DNA from: Naegleria gruberi
Lineage: Eukaryota
DNA: 64,000 bases
Direction: 5' to 3' (one strand)
Assembly (NCBI GenBank): GCA_000004985.1
Contig: GG738895.1
Part shown: piece after piece, positions 1 to 9,965 of the stretch
Numbering within the stretch: position 1 is the first letter of the stretch
Layout: each line of letters begins with the position of its first letter
The notes under the pieces: model-generated
Seen by the model: only the letters and a program-made list of their open reading frames with translations
The model's database searches: none
Told to the model about the DNA's origin: nothing
Translations under genes and position numbers: made by a program

Positions 1-1
1 T

Positions 2-460
2 TGCATTGTTTCTACAATCCTCTTCTTAATTTCTGGTATTGCTCACTTCTTCCTTGGATATTGGCCATTGTACAAGGCTATGGATACTGGTGCCATTCCA
101 AGATTCATCATTTTCTTCATTGCCTATGCTGTTTCAATTATTTTCTGTGCTCTTGGTGTTGCTGGTTATTTGACTTATGGTTTCAGTGGTATTGTCACTG
201 CTATTTACTATTTCCCAACTGGTACATATGGAAGTATTGCTGGATTTGTTTGTAACTTGATCATGGCTGTCATTTGGTTCGCTTTGATGATCAATTATAT
301 CATCATTTTTATTATGGTTATTAAGGTCTTTAGAGCTCTTAAGGGATCTCTTAACAAGATTAAGGAATATGGTGCTGGTTTGGTTCAAAGTGGTGCTGCT
401 ACTGCTATCAGCTCAGCTGTCAAAAATACTATCAGTGGTGGTGGTAGTCAACAAGTTTAA
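2..460 (+). CDS. 3' part of a gene for a multi-pass membrane protein (possibly a permease-type transporter); the 5' end lies outside the window
   Basis: The frame is open from the window edge to TAA at 458-460. The translation is dominated by hydrophobic helices (...GIAHFFLGYWPLYKAMDTGAIPRFIIFFIAYAVSIIFCALGVAGYLTYGF...). No start codon is visible. Confidence 0.45.
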   Translation, partial: CIVSTILFLISGIAHFFLGYWPLYKAMDTGAIPRFIIFFIAYAVSIIFCALGVAGYLTYGFSGIVTAIYYFPTGTYGSIAGFVCNLIMAVIWFALMINYIIIFIMVIKVFRALKGSLNKIKEYGAGLVQSGAATAISSAVKNTISGGGSQQV

Positions 461-494
461 ATGTATTTATCTGTTTGAAAAATACATTAACAAT

Positions 495-1644
495 CTATAT
501 ACTCTGTAAATTTTCCAAATAATTAAATAACTTTTCTGTTTCTCTATAAATTATCGAAATGGTTTCTTGATGGAAGGAAATTTCTGGGGACAATTTGGCT
601 AATATGGAAGGTAGGGAAACACAAAAACGCAAGAAATGTGGTAAACCGTAAACCTGTGATGCTGGCTCTTTTACCTTATTTTTGAATGTAGAATTTTCAG
701 TAAGGTACAAAATTGAAAAGGGCTTCTCAAAACAGCCATCAAAAAACTGTAACAGACCGTCCATGGAATATTTTAAAGCACCAAAATCATCCTTTGAACT
801 TTCCTCATTTGCCTTCACATAGGCACAAATAATGCCTCTCACTGACTTGCTCTCGTCCTCAATTAATGAATGTTCCTTTTCCTCTTTTGAGACTTGACAA
901 TAATCCTTGTATAGATATTCTTTAATCCATTGAGGAATTTTAAGTGATGGTGTTGATGGCTCGATATCATTCTGTGATGATGGGGAGGACTCGGTTGTTG
1001 TTTCTGTTTTGGAGCTTTCTGTCTTTTCTGTTGTTTTTCTCTTTCGTTTCAAATCCTTCTTTTCAGATGTCTTTTCTTCATTTTTTTCTTTTGCTTCCTC
1101 TGTTTGCATGTCAGTATTAGAAGAAGGTGTTTTTTCTGAACTATTATCATGATTCTTTAATTCAGAGCTTGATGGCTCTGAAACAGTTGTGCTACTTGTT
1201 TCTTCTGATGTATCTGTTGGCACTAAATTATCATCCGCATCAGGTACATATTTCTCACATGTTGATTCCAATGAAGCAATGTAGGTTTTAATTTTTCCAT
1301 TTTTACCTCCCAGTAACTTGTCTTTAAATATTTTAATTTCATTCTCCTTTGTCAATTCTTTAAATTCACAATCTTGAATTTTAATTTCAAATTTATCACT
1401 CGTTCTGAAAATCACTGCCTCATATCCTCCATCTATTTTACCAGTAATCTATAAATATTATCATGAAAGAAGATCATGTTTAAAAAGTTTAATGAAGAAA
1501 TCAAAAAATTCTTTCCGAAATTTAAATTCCATCATTCATACCTACCTTTATAAGAAAATATAAATTCTTATCCTTCACTGTTGGGATTGGTCTACAAAAA
1601 ACCTTGTCATTTGGTGATAAAGTTGCCGGATCAAAAGAAGACAT
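495..1644 (-). CDS. hypothetical protein of about 350 aa in 2 exons (1644..1546 and 1448..495). It has a beta-rich PH/RanBD-like N-terminus (ITGKIDGGYEAVIFRTSDKFEIKIQDCEFKEL), an acidic Ser/Thr/Glu/Lys-rich linker and a conserved C-terminal domain
   Basis: ATG at 1644 (minus strand) sits after an A-run. The GTAGGT donor and ...ATTTATAG acceptor define an intron at 1449..1545. That splice joins exon 1 in frame to the long ORF 495..1415. Confidence 0.5.
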
Positions 1645-1743
1645 TTTTTTAAATATTAATTTTTATGTTTTTTATAATAATCTTCCATTGACGATGTTAA
1701 TGAGCCTTTAGAGTCTTAGAGACACCCCTTCGTGGTTTAAAAT

Positions 1744-2581
1744 TTAATCAATATATCTTTGCTTGAAGGCCTTTCCAGTTTCGTAATCTTCAGGAGAAAC
1801 TCTGAAGAATGGAAGGAAGTCTTCTCTCTTCAAGTTTTCAGAATCAAGTTCTTCCATTTCGGAACGAACCCACAAAACGTATGGACGCAAGTAGGCAACG
1901 TCATCTTCTGGCTTAGTCCATTGTTCTCTTGGCAGTCTCTTTTGGTTAACAGACAAGTCAAAAGCACGAGCAAGACGCTTTTCACGAGCACGACGAACTT
2001 CTTCTGGCAATCTGTTGAGAGCTTCAATAATCATTGGATCTTCATCGTTGAGGATATCATCATATAAGAGACCAAAAGTTTGATAACGCATAGAGCTTCT
2101 GTAGGCCAAAGTGACGAAACGATCAGCCTTTTCCCACATTGAGAGATCAGTGTATGGGATTTCAGTGTATTTGGTCCATGGGTTTTGAATTGGGAAACTA
2201 AATGTTGATGTATTTAGTGTTTTTTGTTTTTCATATTGTTGTTTTTATAATTTCCAAAATATTGATGATGGTCAAGTGATAATTGTTTGCGCGGTATTCC
2301 AATATGACAAGAAAGTGTACATCAAGATGATATGTTGACGATGAAATTAATTTCCAACAATAAAACACGACCGTGATGATGATTAAAAATTTTCTCTTCT
2401 TGGCTTTTTCTACTTACGCTTCATAAACGTTGAATTCACCTCTCTTATCAGCAACAGCAACAGTGTCGACAACATCTGGAACAACTGAAGCAGGTAAAAT
2501 TCCTTTAGGGAAGAAGTTCTTGTTGAGGACGAGCATTTCGTTGACGAAACGATAGCCGGTAGCGGCAAGACCACGGAGCAT
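1744..2581 (-). CDS. QCR7: cytochrome b-c1 complex subunit 7 (QCR7/UQCRB)-like protein. Exon 2 (2197..1744) carries the QCR7 homology (LPREQWTKPEDDVAYLRPYV resembles human LPKEQWTKYEEENFYLEPY). Putative exon 1 (2581..2418) adds a 55-aa N-terminal extension across an approximately 220-nt intron (2198..2417)
   Basis: Homology was recalled from memory. Exon 1 ends GAAGC|GTAAGTAG and exon 2 follows ...CATTTAG|TTTCCC, which keeps the frame. Caveat: the exon-1 ORF also reads straight into TAA at the donor, so it could be a separate small ORF. Confidence 0.55.
2247..2317. repeat. copy A of a duplicated promoter-like segment (ATAATTTCCAAAATATTGATGATG...ATGACAAGAAAGTG), located inside the QCR7-like intron
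   Basis: Both ends match 2701..2734 (ATAATTTCCAATATTCAATGATGACAAGAAAGTG). Copy A carries an internal 37-nt insertion relative to copy B. Confidence 0.6.
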
Positions 2582-2700
2582 TTTTTTTGAGTTGAAGCGA
2601 TTTTACAATAGTGAGCATTTATGGTTTTAATAGAGAACATAACAGCTGCTAAAGCTAGTAAGAACAATATTATGGCAATCACAACAACAATTGTTTTTCA

Positions 2701-2734
2701 ATAATTTCCAATATTCAATGATGACAAGAAAGTG
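2701..2734. repeat. copy B of the same segment, in the divergent promoter region between the QCR7-like gene and TOP3
   Basis: Matches copy A at 2247..2317, read directly from the sequence. Confidence 0.6.
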
Positions 2735-2871
2735 AGAGGGAGTTTTTATTCATATTTTGTTTTAATTAAAACAAAATTGATGAGAGGCTTTCGTTCCGAA
2801 TTTTTTTTTACGTTAGGTTTGTGATTGAATTCCTACAAACACTGGAAGCCTCTAAAAAACAAACAAAAAAA

Positions 2872-5800
2872 ATGTCTTCACGTTATCAAAATGCTGGTGG
2901 AGGAGGTAATTACAATAATAGACAAGGACCACACCAGAAAGTGTTATGTGTAGCTGAAAAACCAGAGGCTGCCAAACAAATTGCCACAATTTTAAGTGCA
3001 GGAAAATTTCAGAGGAGAGAAGGAAAATCCAAGTTTAACAAGATATTTGAATTTGAATATAGAATGAATGGTGTTGTTGTAACAATGTCAGTCACATCGG
3101 TTTTAGGTCATTTGATGGAGTTGGGTTTTGATCCGAAATTAAAATCGTGGACATCTTGTGATCCGATTACTTTGATGGATCCTGCAACACCTGTATTTCG
3201 GAATGTGCCAGAGAAGAATTTAGAAATTCAACAAAACCTAGAACAAGAAGCAAGATATGCCACAAAATTATTGCTGTGGCTCGATTGTGATAGAGAAGGA
3301 GAAAATATTGCATTTGAAGTGATTGAAGTTTGCAAGAAGGTAAATCGAAGCCTTTCCATTGAAAATGATTCAATTCTCAGGGCAAGATTTTCAGAGTTTA
3401 CAGCTGCAGCAATCAATAGGGCAATTAGAAATTTGGAAAGACCAAATGTATTGGATAGTATGGCTGTAGATACGAGACAGGAATTGGATTTGAGAATTGG
3501 AGCCTCTTTTACTCGTTTTCAGTCACTCAGACTCAAAAAGAAGTTTCAAGGAATTACAGCAGATTATATTAGTTATGGACCATGCCAATTTCCAACATTG
3601 GGATTTGTGGTAAAGAGAGATTTAATTATCAAGAACTTTGAATCGGAATCATTTTGGACTTTAAATTGTACACACGATATGGGAGAGGAAGGCAAGGCTC
3701 AATTTCTATGGAAGAGAGGTAGGCTTTTTGACCAATTGACTTGCTTGGTCATTTACGAGTTGTGTGTTGAAGCTCAAAGGGCTAGAGTGGTCAATGTGGA
3801 AAAAAAAAGAAGATACAAATACAGACCAGATCCATTGAATACAATTGAATTGCAAAAATTGGCATCTCAGAAATTGAAAATGGGTTCACACGAAACTATG
3901 AAGGTTGCTGAATCATTGTATAATAAGGGTTTTATCAGTTATCCTAGAACAGAAACTAACAATTACAATCAATTCCAGGATGATGATTTGAAACGACTTG
4001 TAAATGAACACACATCAAATCCAACATGGGGTGGTTATGCTTCAGATCTATTGAATGGAGGTTATCAAAAGCCACCTAGTGGAAAGCAAGATGATAAGGC
4101 GCATCCTCCAATTCACCCTCTCAAAGGTGATTGTAATTCCAATGATTCAAAGGAACAAGCTCTCTATGAATTGATTGCAAGACACTTTTTAGCATGTTGT
4201 TCAAAGGATGCTGTCGGTGCCGAGACTAAGGTTATCATTTCAATTGCCAACGAAGAGTTTACTTGCTCTGGATTGATGGTTGAACAAAAGAACTTTTTGG
4301 AAATTTGGAAGTATGATAGATGGTCGGATAAGAGTATTCCAGTTTTCAATGCAGGTCAAGAGTTTATCCCAACCTCATTATTGATGGATCATGGTGAAAC
4401 TCGTCCACCTCCTCATCTTTCTGAATCAGATTTGATTTCTGCTATGGATTCTAATGGTATCGGTACTGATGCCACTGTTGCTCAACACATTAAAACCATC
4501 CAGGAGAGAGGCTATGTCATCAAGAAAGGAAATAGATTTGAAGCCACCAACTTGGGAATGGCACTCTTGCAAGGATATGATCTCATTGGATACGAATTAT
4601 CAACTCCTAATTTGAGATCAAAGATGGAAAAGGATATGCTTAGTATTTCAAAAGGAGAACAATCCAAGGAAGCAGTCATTCACCAAAGCTTGTCCATGTA
4701 CAAACATGTATATATTCAAATTTGTAAATCAGCTTATTTATTGGATAAGGCGGTACAACAACATTTTCCAACTCTTGGTGAAGGACAGAGCAGAGTTTTA
4801 GGAAGAGGATTTTCACTATGTTCCTGTAAGAATCCAATGGACTTGAAGGAGCAGGATGGAAATAATTTCCTTCATTGTAAAAATTGTAGTGATTCATATC
4901 CTCTTCCTTCTAAATCAGAATATGAAAGTATTGAAGATGTTTGCCCAATTTGTAATTTCCAGATACTTAACATTATCACACAAAAGAACACTTCATACAA
5001 GCTGTGTCCTCACTGTTTCAATAATCCCCCAGAAATTGAAAATTCAAATGAATCTTTTGCTAATGGATTCAAATGCTTTAACTGTACATTTACTGGTTGT
5101 AAATATTCGAGAAAGAAGGATGCCGTAGTAAGGAAATGTCAGAAATGTTCCAACAATTTAGTAGTAAGGCAACGAAAGAATGATACCTCCCTTTATATTG
5201 GATGTAAGGGGTTCCCAAATTGTAAATCTGCAGTGTGGCTTCCAAAGTCAATCGAAAAGGCTGATTTGACAACTGAAAAGTGCAACAGGTGTAGTACTCG
5301 TTCGGATACTGTGTATAGATTGAAATTTACATTTGCCCAAGGAACACTTCTACCTCCAGGTGTTAATAGAGAACATACAACTTGTGTATTTTGTGATCAG
5401 GACTTTGATGAGGCTTTCAATATTAATTTGAATTCCCTTAATGGTGATTCAGGTGGTGCTTCTTCCCATGGAGTGCTTGTACACAACTCTACATCGAATA
5501 ATAGAAACATGCCAAATAGAAGTCCAACAATTGCTGGTGGTGGTTATGGAAATAGAACAAGTCCAGTTGGGGCAACAGGGAGAAATATTGCTGCAAGACA
5601 GAATAATACACCACCACCTAATCAAATGACTTTGGATAGAATGTTGGGCAAGAGAACAAGAGTTGATAATAATAATGGAAATAATAATAGCAACCCACCT
5701 CCTCAAAATTCTTACCAAAGAAACAATACATCTCCAAGAAATCAATTCGGAAACAATCATGGCGGTAGTGGATCTGGTGATGTTGTATGTACAAATTGTA

Positions 5801-5919
5801 GCTCTGCACCAGAAATTTTCACTTGTAAGCAGGGAGAAAACCAAGGGAGACAATTTTACAAATGTCCAAATAAGGATAAGGACGAGGCTTGTAAAAAGTT
5901 TTTCAAATGGGTTGATTAA
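2872..5919 (+). CDS. TOP3: DNA topoisomerase III (type IA; Toprim plus Topo-IA core) with C-terminal zinc-ribbon and GRF-type zinc-finger repeats and an Asn/Gly-rich low-complexity tail
   Basis: Single ORF of 1016 aa starting at AAAAAAAATG (2872). Type IA motifs are present (VLCVAEKPEAAKQIA; YISYPRTETN with the active-site Tyr; GFISYPRTET context). Several C-x2-C...C-x2-C zinc fingers precede a C-terminal FYKCP GRF finger. Confidence 0.85.
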   Translation: MSSRYQNAGGGGNYNNRQGPHQKVLCVAEKPEAAKQIATILSAGKFQRREGKSKFNKIFEFEYRMNGVVVTMSVTSVLGHLMELGFDPKLKSWTSCDPITLMDPATPVFRNVPEKNLEIQQNLEQEARYATKLLLWLDCDREGENIAFEVIEVCKKVNRSLSIENDSILRARFSEFTAAAINRAIRNLERPNVLDSMAVDTRQELDLRIGASFTRFQSLRLKKKFQGITADYISYGPCQFPTLGFVVKRDLIIKNFESESFWTLNCTHDMGEEGKAQFLWKRGRLFDQLTCLVIYELCVEAQRARVVNVEKKRRYKYRPDPLNTIELQKLASQKLKMGSHETMKVAESLYNKGFISYPRTETNNYNQFQDDDLKRLVNEHTSNPTWGGYASDLLNGGYQKPPSGKQDDKAHPPIHPLKGDCNSNDSKEQALYELIARHFLACCSKDAVGAETKVIISIANEEFTCSGLMVEQKNFLEIWKYDRWSDKSIPVFNAGQEFIPTSLLMDHGETRPPPHLSESDLISAMDSNGIGTDATVAQHIKTIQERGYVIKKGNRFEATNLGMALLQGYDLIGYELSTPNLRSKMEKDMLSISKGEQSKEAVIHQSLSMYKHVYIQICKSAYLLDKAVQQHFPTLGEGQSRVLGRGFSLCSCKNPMDLKEQDGNNFLHCKNCSDSYPLPSKSEYESIEDVCPICNFQILNIITQKNTSYKLCPHCFNNPPEIENSNESFANGFKCFNCTFTGCKYSRKKDAVVRKCQKCSNNLVVRQRKNDTSLYIGCKGFPNCKSAVWLPKSIEKADLTTEKCNRCSTRSDTVYRLKFTFAQGTLLPPGVNREHTTCVFCDQDFDEAFNINLNSLNGDSGGASSHGVLVHNSTSNNRNMPNRSPTIAGGGYGNRTSPVGATGRNIAARQNNTPPPNQMTLDRMLGKRTRVDNNNGNNNSNPPPQNSYQRNNTSPRNQFGNNHGGSGSGDVVCTNCSSAPEIFTCKQGENQGRQFYKCPNKDKDEACKKFFKWVD

Positions 5920-6060
5920 TTTATTTCAATACGAACCTATTGTTTCACATTGTCTTAATACCTTCTTGAAAGTGTTTACAAATAACCCAGACAATTATAA
6001 TGCAATTTAATCAAACCACCGTGAAATTAGAACTTTGATCAGAAACAACGAGTAGAAAAA

Positions 6061-6213
6061 ATGTCATCATGTACACAATTCACATCACTTCCCTATGAAA
6101 TTCTTCTTCATATTTTATCGTTCGGCGTTGATAAATGCTCATTAAATCACAAAGTTATTCAATTTATTGCTAATTTTCAATCATTGAACAAGAAAATTTC
6201 ATCAATATTTTGA
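6061..6213 (+). CDS. small F-box-like ORF (MSSCTQFTSLPYEILLHILSFGVDKCSL...). It is either a separate micro-gene or a 5' exon of the downstream Ras-like gene
   Basis: ATG at 6061, TGA at 6211. LPYEILLHIL fits the F-box L-P-x-E-I-L pattern. Candidate introns 6127..6271 or 6154..6271 would fuse it in frame to the Ras-like exon at 6272. Confidence 0.3.
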   Translation: MSSCTQFTSLPYEILLHILSFGVDKCSLNHKVIQFIANFQSLNKKISSIF

Positions 6214-6292
6214 TAATTTCTGGTTGGACATATTCGAAAATTGTTATGGAATTTCGCTTCAATCCAACCAGGTGCAATTATTAAAAGAAGAA

Positions 6293-7114
6293 ATGTTACA
6301 AAAGAAAACTCTGGGAAGGAAAATATTGTTGGCGAAGTATATCAAATATAATATTTGGAAAAGTGCTAAATTAAATGAAGATGATCGAATTAGAGTTGTA
6401 ATGATAGGGGATGGAGCAGTTGGTAAGTATAGTTGAGGAATTTTGTTTGACTTTAGAATAGGAAAAAGTGCAATAACAACTTATTTCATTCAAGGAAAGT
6501 TCAATACAGAGTACGATCCAACAATAGGTATTGTATAATTGAAATTCATAAGTTTATTCAAATTTAAAGATGATTTTTATAGAAAGGAAATACAAGTGAA
6601 TAATTTCAAGTCAATTATTGAAGTGATTGACTTGGCTGGTCCTGAAGAATATTATTCAGTTAGAGAATCGCATTGGAGGAGTGGAGATTGTTTCATTATT
6701 GTATGTGACGTGAATAACAGAGATTCTTTGGAGGAAGCTAAAATTTTATTACATCAATTGGTTGTTGTAAAAAATTCAACTAATTTTCCAGTTGTTTTTG
6801 CATTGAATAAGATTGATTTATTGGAATATTTGGAAAAAGAGAAAATAGTGGAAGAATACAAAAGAGATATTGAATCAACCACTTGTCTATATTTGGGAAA
6901 TAGTTCAATACTTGATTGTAGTGCAAGAACAGGAGAAAATATTAATTATTTATTTGATGAATGTGTTAGGCGAACGAGGTTTAATTCAATTGGTAACTTA
7001 AAGCTTCTGAAAGATGTAATCAAATATGATTCAAATTTTATTGAAATTTGCCTTAATGGTAATGATGATGTGGAAAATAATAAGAAAAAAGCAAAGAAAT
7101 GTTTTATTATGTGA
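6293..7114 (+). CDS. Ras-family small GTPase in 3 exons (6293..6422, 6462..6527, 6570..7114) with an N-terminal extension before the P-loop
   Basis: After splicing the motifs read G1 GDGAVGKS, then TEYDPTI(D), G3 DLAGPEEY, G4 NKIDL and SAR. Introns at 6423..6461 (GTAAGT...AATAG) and 6528..6569 (GTATTG...TTTAAAG). The frame is open upstream to 6224 but the first ATG is at 6293. Confidence 0.7.
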
Positions 7115-7344
7115 TTATGGAAAACATGAATAACAACATTGTTACGAAAAATAAGAAGGTTTACTCTATACTTGGGCGCATACAGAATAATTGTAATGTT
7201 AACTGTTTTCCGTTGGATTTCCATCTACAGTAATTCAACCTTGTTGCACAATCAACTACAGTAACAACATTCACTCACACCAACACACAGAATTCCGCTT
7301 CAAAAAAACCACCTCAATTCTCACTCAAAAACAACACAAAGAAA

Positions 7345-7986
7345 ATGGGTAACATAATGGCTTTATCTGTTGTTGCTATGCAACAAGGAATGGTCTCCAA
7401 GAATGTAACACCAGTATTATTCGCCTTTGGATTTACATCCTTGGTTTTCCTTATCAAATACTTGGTACAGGAGGTAATCATGTTGGTCATTCAAGGTACA
7501 AAAGAGGCCGAACCAAAAACATTTGACGACATTAAGAAGGTTAACTTGGATGAGCTTCCTAAGGAATTGGCCAATAACAAACGTTCAATTTATGAGAGGC
7601 TGAGAAGAATTAAGAAGGAAGACTTTGAATTTATTGTCATGTTCGTTTTTATTGCTGCTTCGTATCTTATATCCACAAGTGGTGCTTCCAATTACACCTT
7701 TACATCAACTTCAAAATCCACCGAATCAAATGTTAATACATTAATAGTTTGGAGTGATCTTTCAATTGCCAATTCAGTAATTGGATGCCTATTCATTGTT
7801 GCATTCTTTGTGTTGAGAGTTATCAGTCTCGTGATGATATTTGTACAATCTAAAACCCTCATTCAGAACATTATTAGAATAGTGACCTTTGTTTACCTTG
7901 CACTTTTTGGATTGTTTGTACTTATTATGATATTCATGTTTAATTTTTATGTTCAGGTCATTGTACCTAGCAAAGTTAATGCTTAA
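7345..7986 (+). CDS. hypothetical 4-TM membrane protein
   Basis: ORF of 213 aa with four clear hydrophobic helices and an A-rich start context. Confidence 0.45.
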   Translation: MGNIMALSVVAMQQGMVSKNVTPVLFAFGFTSLVFLIKYLVQEVIMLVIQGTKEAEPKTFDDIKKVNLDELPKELANNKRSIYERLRRIKKEDFEFIVMFVFIAASYLISTSGASNYTFTSTSKSTESNVNTLIVWSDLSIANSVIGCLFIVAFFVLRVISLVMIFVQSKTLIQNIIRIVTFVYLALFGLFVLIMIFMFNFYVQVIVPSKVNA

Positions 7987-8108
7987 TGGTTGTTTTATAT
8001 TTTAAATCTAAACTAAAAACTAGTTTTTCACTTGGTTTACAATAATTTTAAATATTATTAAATATTCAAGTTTTTTATTAAAAACAATAAAAAAAACAAG
8101 CACACGAT

Positions 8109-8528
8109 ATGATGTACGGAATACGGTTCATGAATAGAAATCAATCTCCAAGCCATAAGGAAGATCGTGCCCAATATAACCAACCATCAAATGAGAGTTT
8201 GATCACGGAGAAGAAATTATTCATGATTGAGTGCAAGATTGAACTTCTAAATATTTTGCAATCGTCATCAATTGATCATCAACCGACAAATGGGAATTTA
8301 TTAACAAATAATTGTAATAGTAATACTAATAATAATAATTCATCATCATTGTCATTATCAGCTGAAGGGAGAATTAAATATTATTCGGATCAGTTGGAGG
8401 AGGCTAAGAAGATTGTGCAAGATTTAAAGTTTATCCAATTGGTTATGAATGAAAGTAATTTGGATGTATTGGAACGATTAAAGATTCAAGTTGTGGATCC
8501 AGAGGAAGAAGAAATGCAGAAAATCTAA
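8109..8528 (+). CDS. hypothetical Asn/Ser-rich protein with a C-terminal coiled-coil-like segment
   Basis: ORF of 139 aa with a poly-N tract typical of this genome. No recognisable domain. Confidence 0.35.
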   Translation: MMYGIRFMNRNQSPSHKEDRAQYNQPSNESLITEKKLFMIECKIELLNILQSSSIDHQPTNGNLLTNNCNSNTNNNNSSSLSLSAEGRIKYYSDQLEEAKKIVQDLKFIQLVMNESNLDVLERLKIQVVDPEEEEMQKI

Positions 8529-8677
8529 ATTAAATTTTAGCATATTGAAAGAATTATTTGTAAACTCAGTAATATTAACTCCTTTTGCCAACTATCTCTT
8601 TTAACAAAATGCTAAAATTTCTATTGGAACTTGGTAACCAAGTGGCCATTAAGGGATTATTTTCATTCTGAATGTAT

Positions 8678-8749
8678 TCCCGTGTAGTCCAATGGCTAGG
8701 ATACCTGGCTTTCACCCAGGAGGTCCGGGTTCAATTCCCGGCATGGGAG
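8678..8749 (+). tRNA. tRNA-Glu (anticodon UUC)
   Basis: Canonical 72-nt cloverleaf: acceptor TCCCGTG/CATGGGA, D-loop with GG, anticodon arm CCTGG-CTTTCAC-CCAGG (UUC), T-arm CCGGG-TTCAATT-CCCGG. A T-run downstream (TTTTGTTTTTG) acts as a Pol III terminator. Confidence 0.9.
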
Positions 8750-8816
8750 AATCATTTTGTTTTTGAATTGTTTTGAATTGGTATTCATTTAGAGATAAAC
8801 AGAACTCTCTTAAAAA

Positions 8817-9685
8817 ATGTCTAGATCTACTTGTTCACCCTCTCTTGCATTCTCTCTCAATTTTAATCAGCTTGATGAAATTCTTGTGGATCAACAACCT
8901 GAAACAGTGGAAGATGTAGAAAATTATGAACAACCTCCAATCAGTGGATTTTCAATTCATGTTCCGAGTGATAGTTATGTTTTTGTATGGAATGATTGTC
9001 TTTGCCTTATGAATAGAACAACACGAAAAGTATTCAAACAGATGGAGAGTCCGTTGGTCCAATAGTTAATTTAATATTGCATAATGACCAGATTATTGTG
9101 ATGCATTTGGATGGAGTAATCACCTTACTAGATGTGAAGCAATTAATTGAATCTGATGAATTTGATAAAGCCAAGATATGGACAAGCCACACTTCCTGTC
9201 ATGACGCACTAATGGCAGCAATTATGGGTGATCATGTCTATATACCAGATAAGAAATTGGGAGTTGTAGTTTTGAATTTAAGTAATGGAGCAAGAAATGA
9301 AGTAATGGAACAATTGGTACCACAAATTGAGGATGGTATTGGAATTGTGTTTGCTTCAGAAACTGAAATGATTCTCTCCAGGAGTGGATCTTTGGAATTG
9401 TGGACTAGGCCATCGTATGATATTTCTGAAAAGTGGAGTTTGCAGGTGAAGAGAGAGGCTGCCAAGGAGAGGGGTTACTTGTTCCTATTCAATATGGCCT
9501 ATGAGAGGAGTAGTGAGCTACTCTATGTATTGGATTGTGATATAATGAGAGTGAGTGTCATTGGTAAGAATACTCTGGATATTATCAAGACATTTGGAGA
9601 GGATTTGAATTTGACTTCTATTTGTATTGATGAAGAGAAGGGTCATCTTTACTGTTGTTATAATAACATTGTAATTTACAATTAA
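8817..9685 (+). CDS. hypothetical protein in 2 exons (8817..9056 and 9092..9685, with a 35-nt intron at 9057..9091)
   Basis: Two adjacent ORFs are joined in frame by a GT...ACCAG splice. No recognisable domain. Confidence 0.35.
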
Positions 9686-9720
9686 TACTTTGATAATAAA
9701 ATCAAAATAATACCATGTAC

Positions 9721-9744
9721 AATAAATATTCAAAATTTACATTT
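9721..9744. repeat. 24-nt exact dispersed repeat AATAAATATTCAAAATTTACATTT, copy 1
   Basis: Identical to 47419..47442. Lies 36 nt after the stop of the 9685 gene. Confidence 0.7.
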
Positions 9745-9965
9745 GAAATACTGTTAATTTTTTATTAATCACGAATTTCTACGCAACTAACCACAAATTG
9801 CTACACATCAAAACGCAATTTTAAAAATATTCTAAACCGCAAATTCCTATGGAAATCAAGCTAAACAATTCGCTGTTTGCAGAACAGAATTTGCGATTTA
9901 AAAAGAGGAAAATTTGCGGTTAGTTCCGTAACAATTCGTACTTTATAAAGAATTAACAGTAAGCC

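Noticed and set aside
2410-2682. Track ORF 2410..2682 (minus strand, 90 aa, hydrophobic) as a gene.
   Set aside because: It is in the wrong frame relative to the spliceable exon 2581..2418, which continues the QCR7-like exon. It is low-complexity and overlaps that exon on the same strand.
3167-5853. Multiple 60-134 aa ORFs antisense to or inside TOP3, for example 3167..3373, 5449..5853 and 5618..5809.
   Set aside because: They are embedded in a long homology-supported ORF on the other strand or frame. They are low-complexity (poly-I/N/S) and are typical spurious ORFs in AT-rich sequence.
6224-6292. Starting the Ras-like CDS at 6224 as in the ORF track (MDIFENC...).
   Set aside because: Position 6224 is TTG, not ATG. 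The first ATG in frame is 6293, unless an upstream F-box exon is spliced in (listed as a finding).
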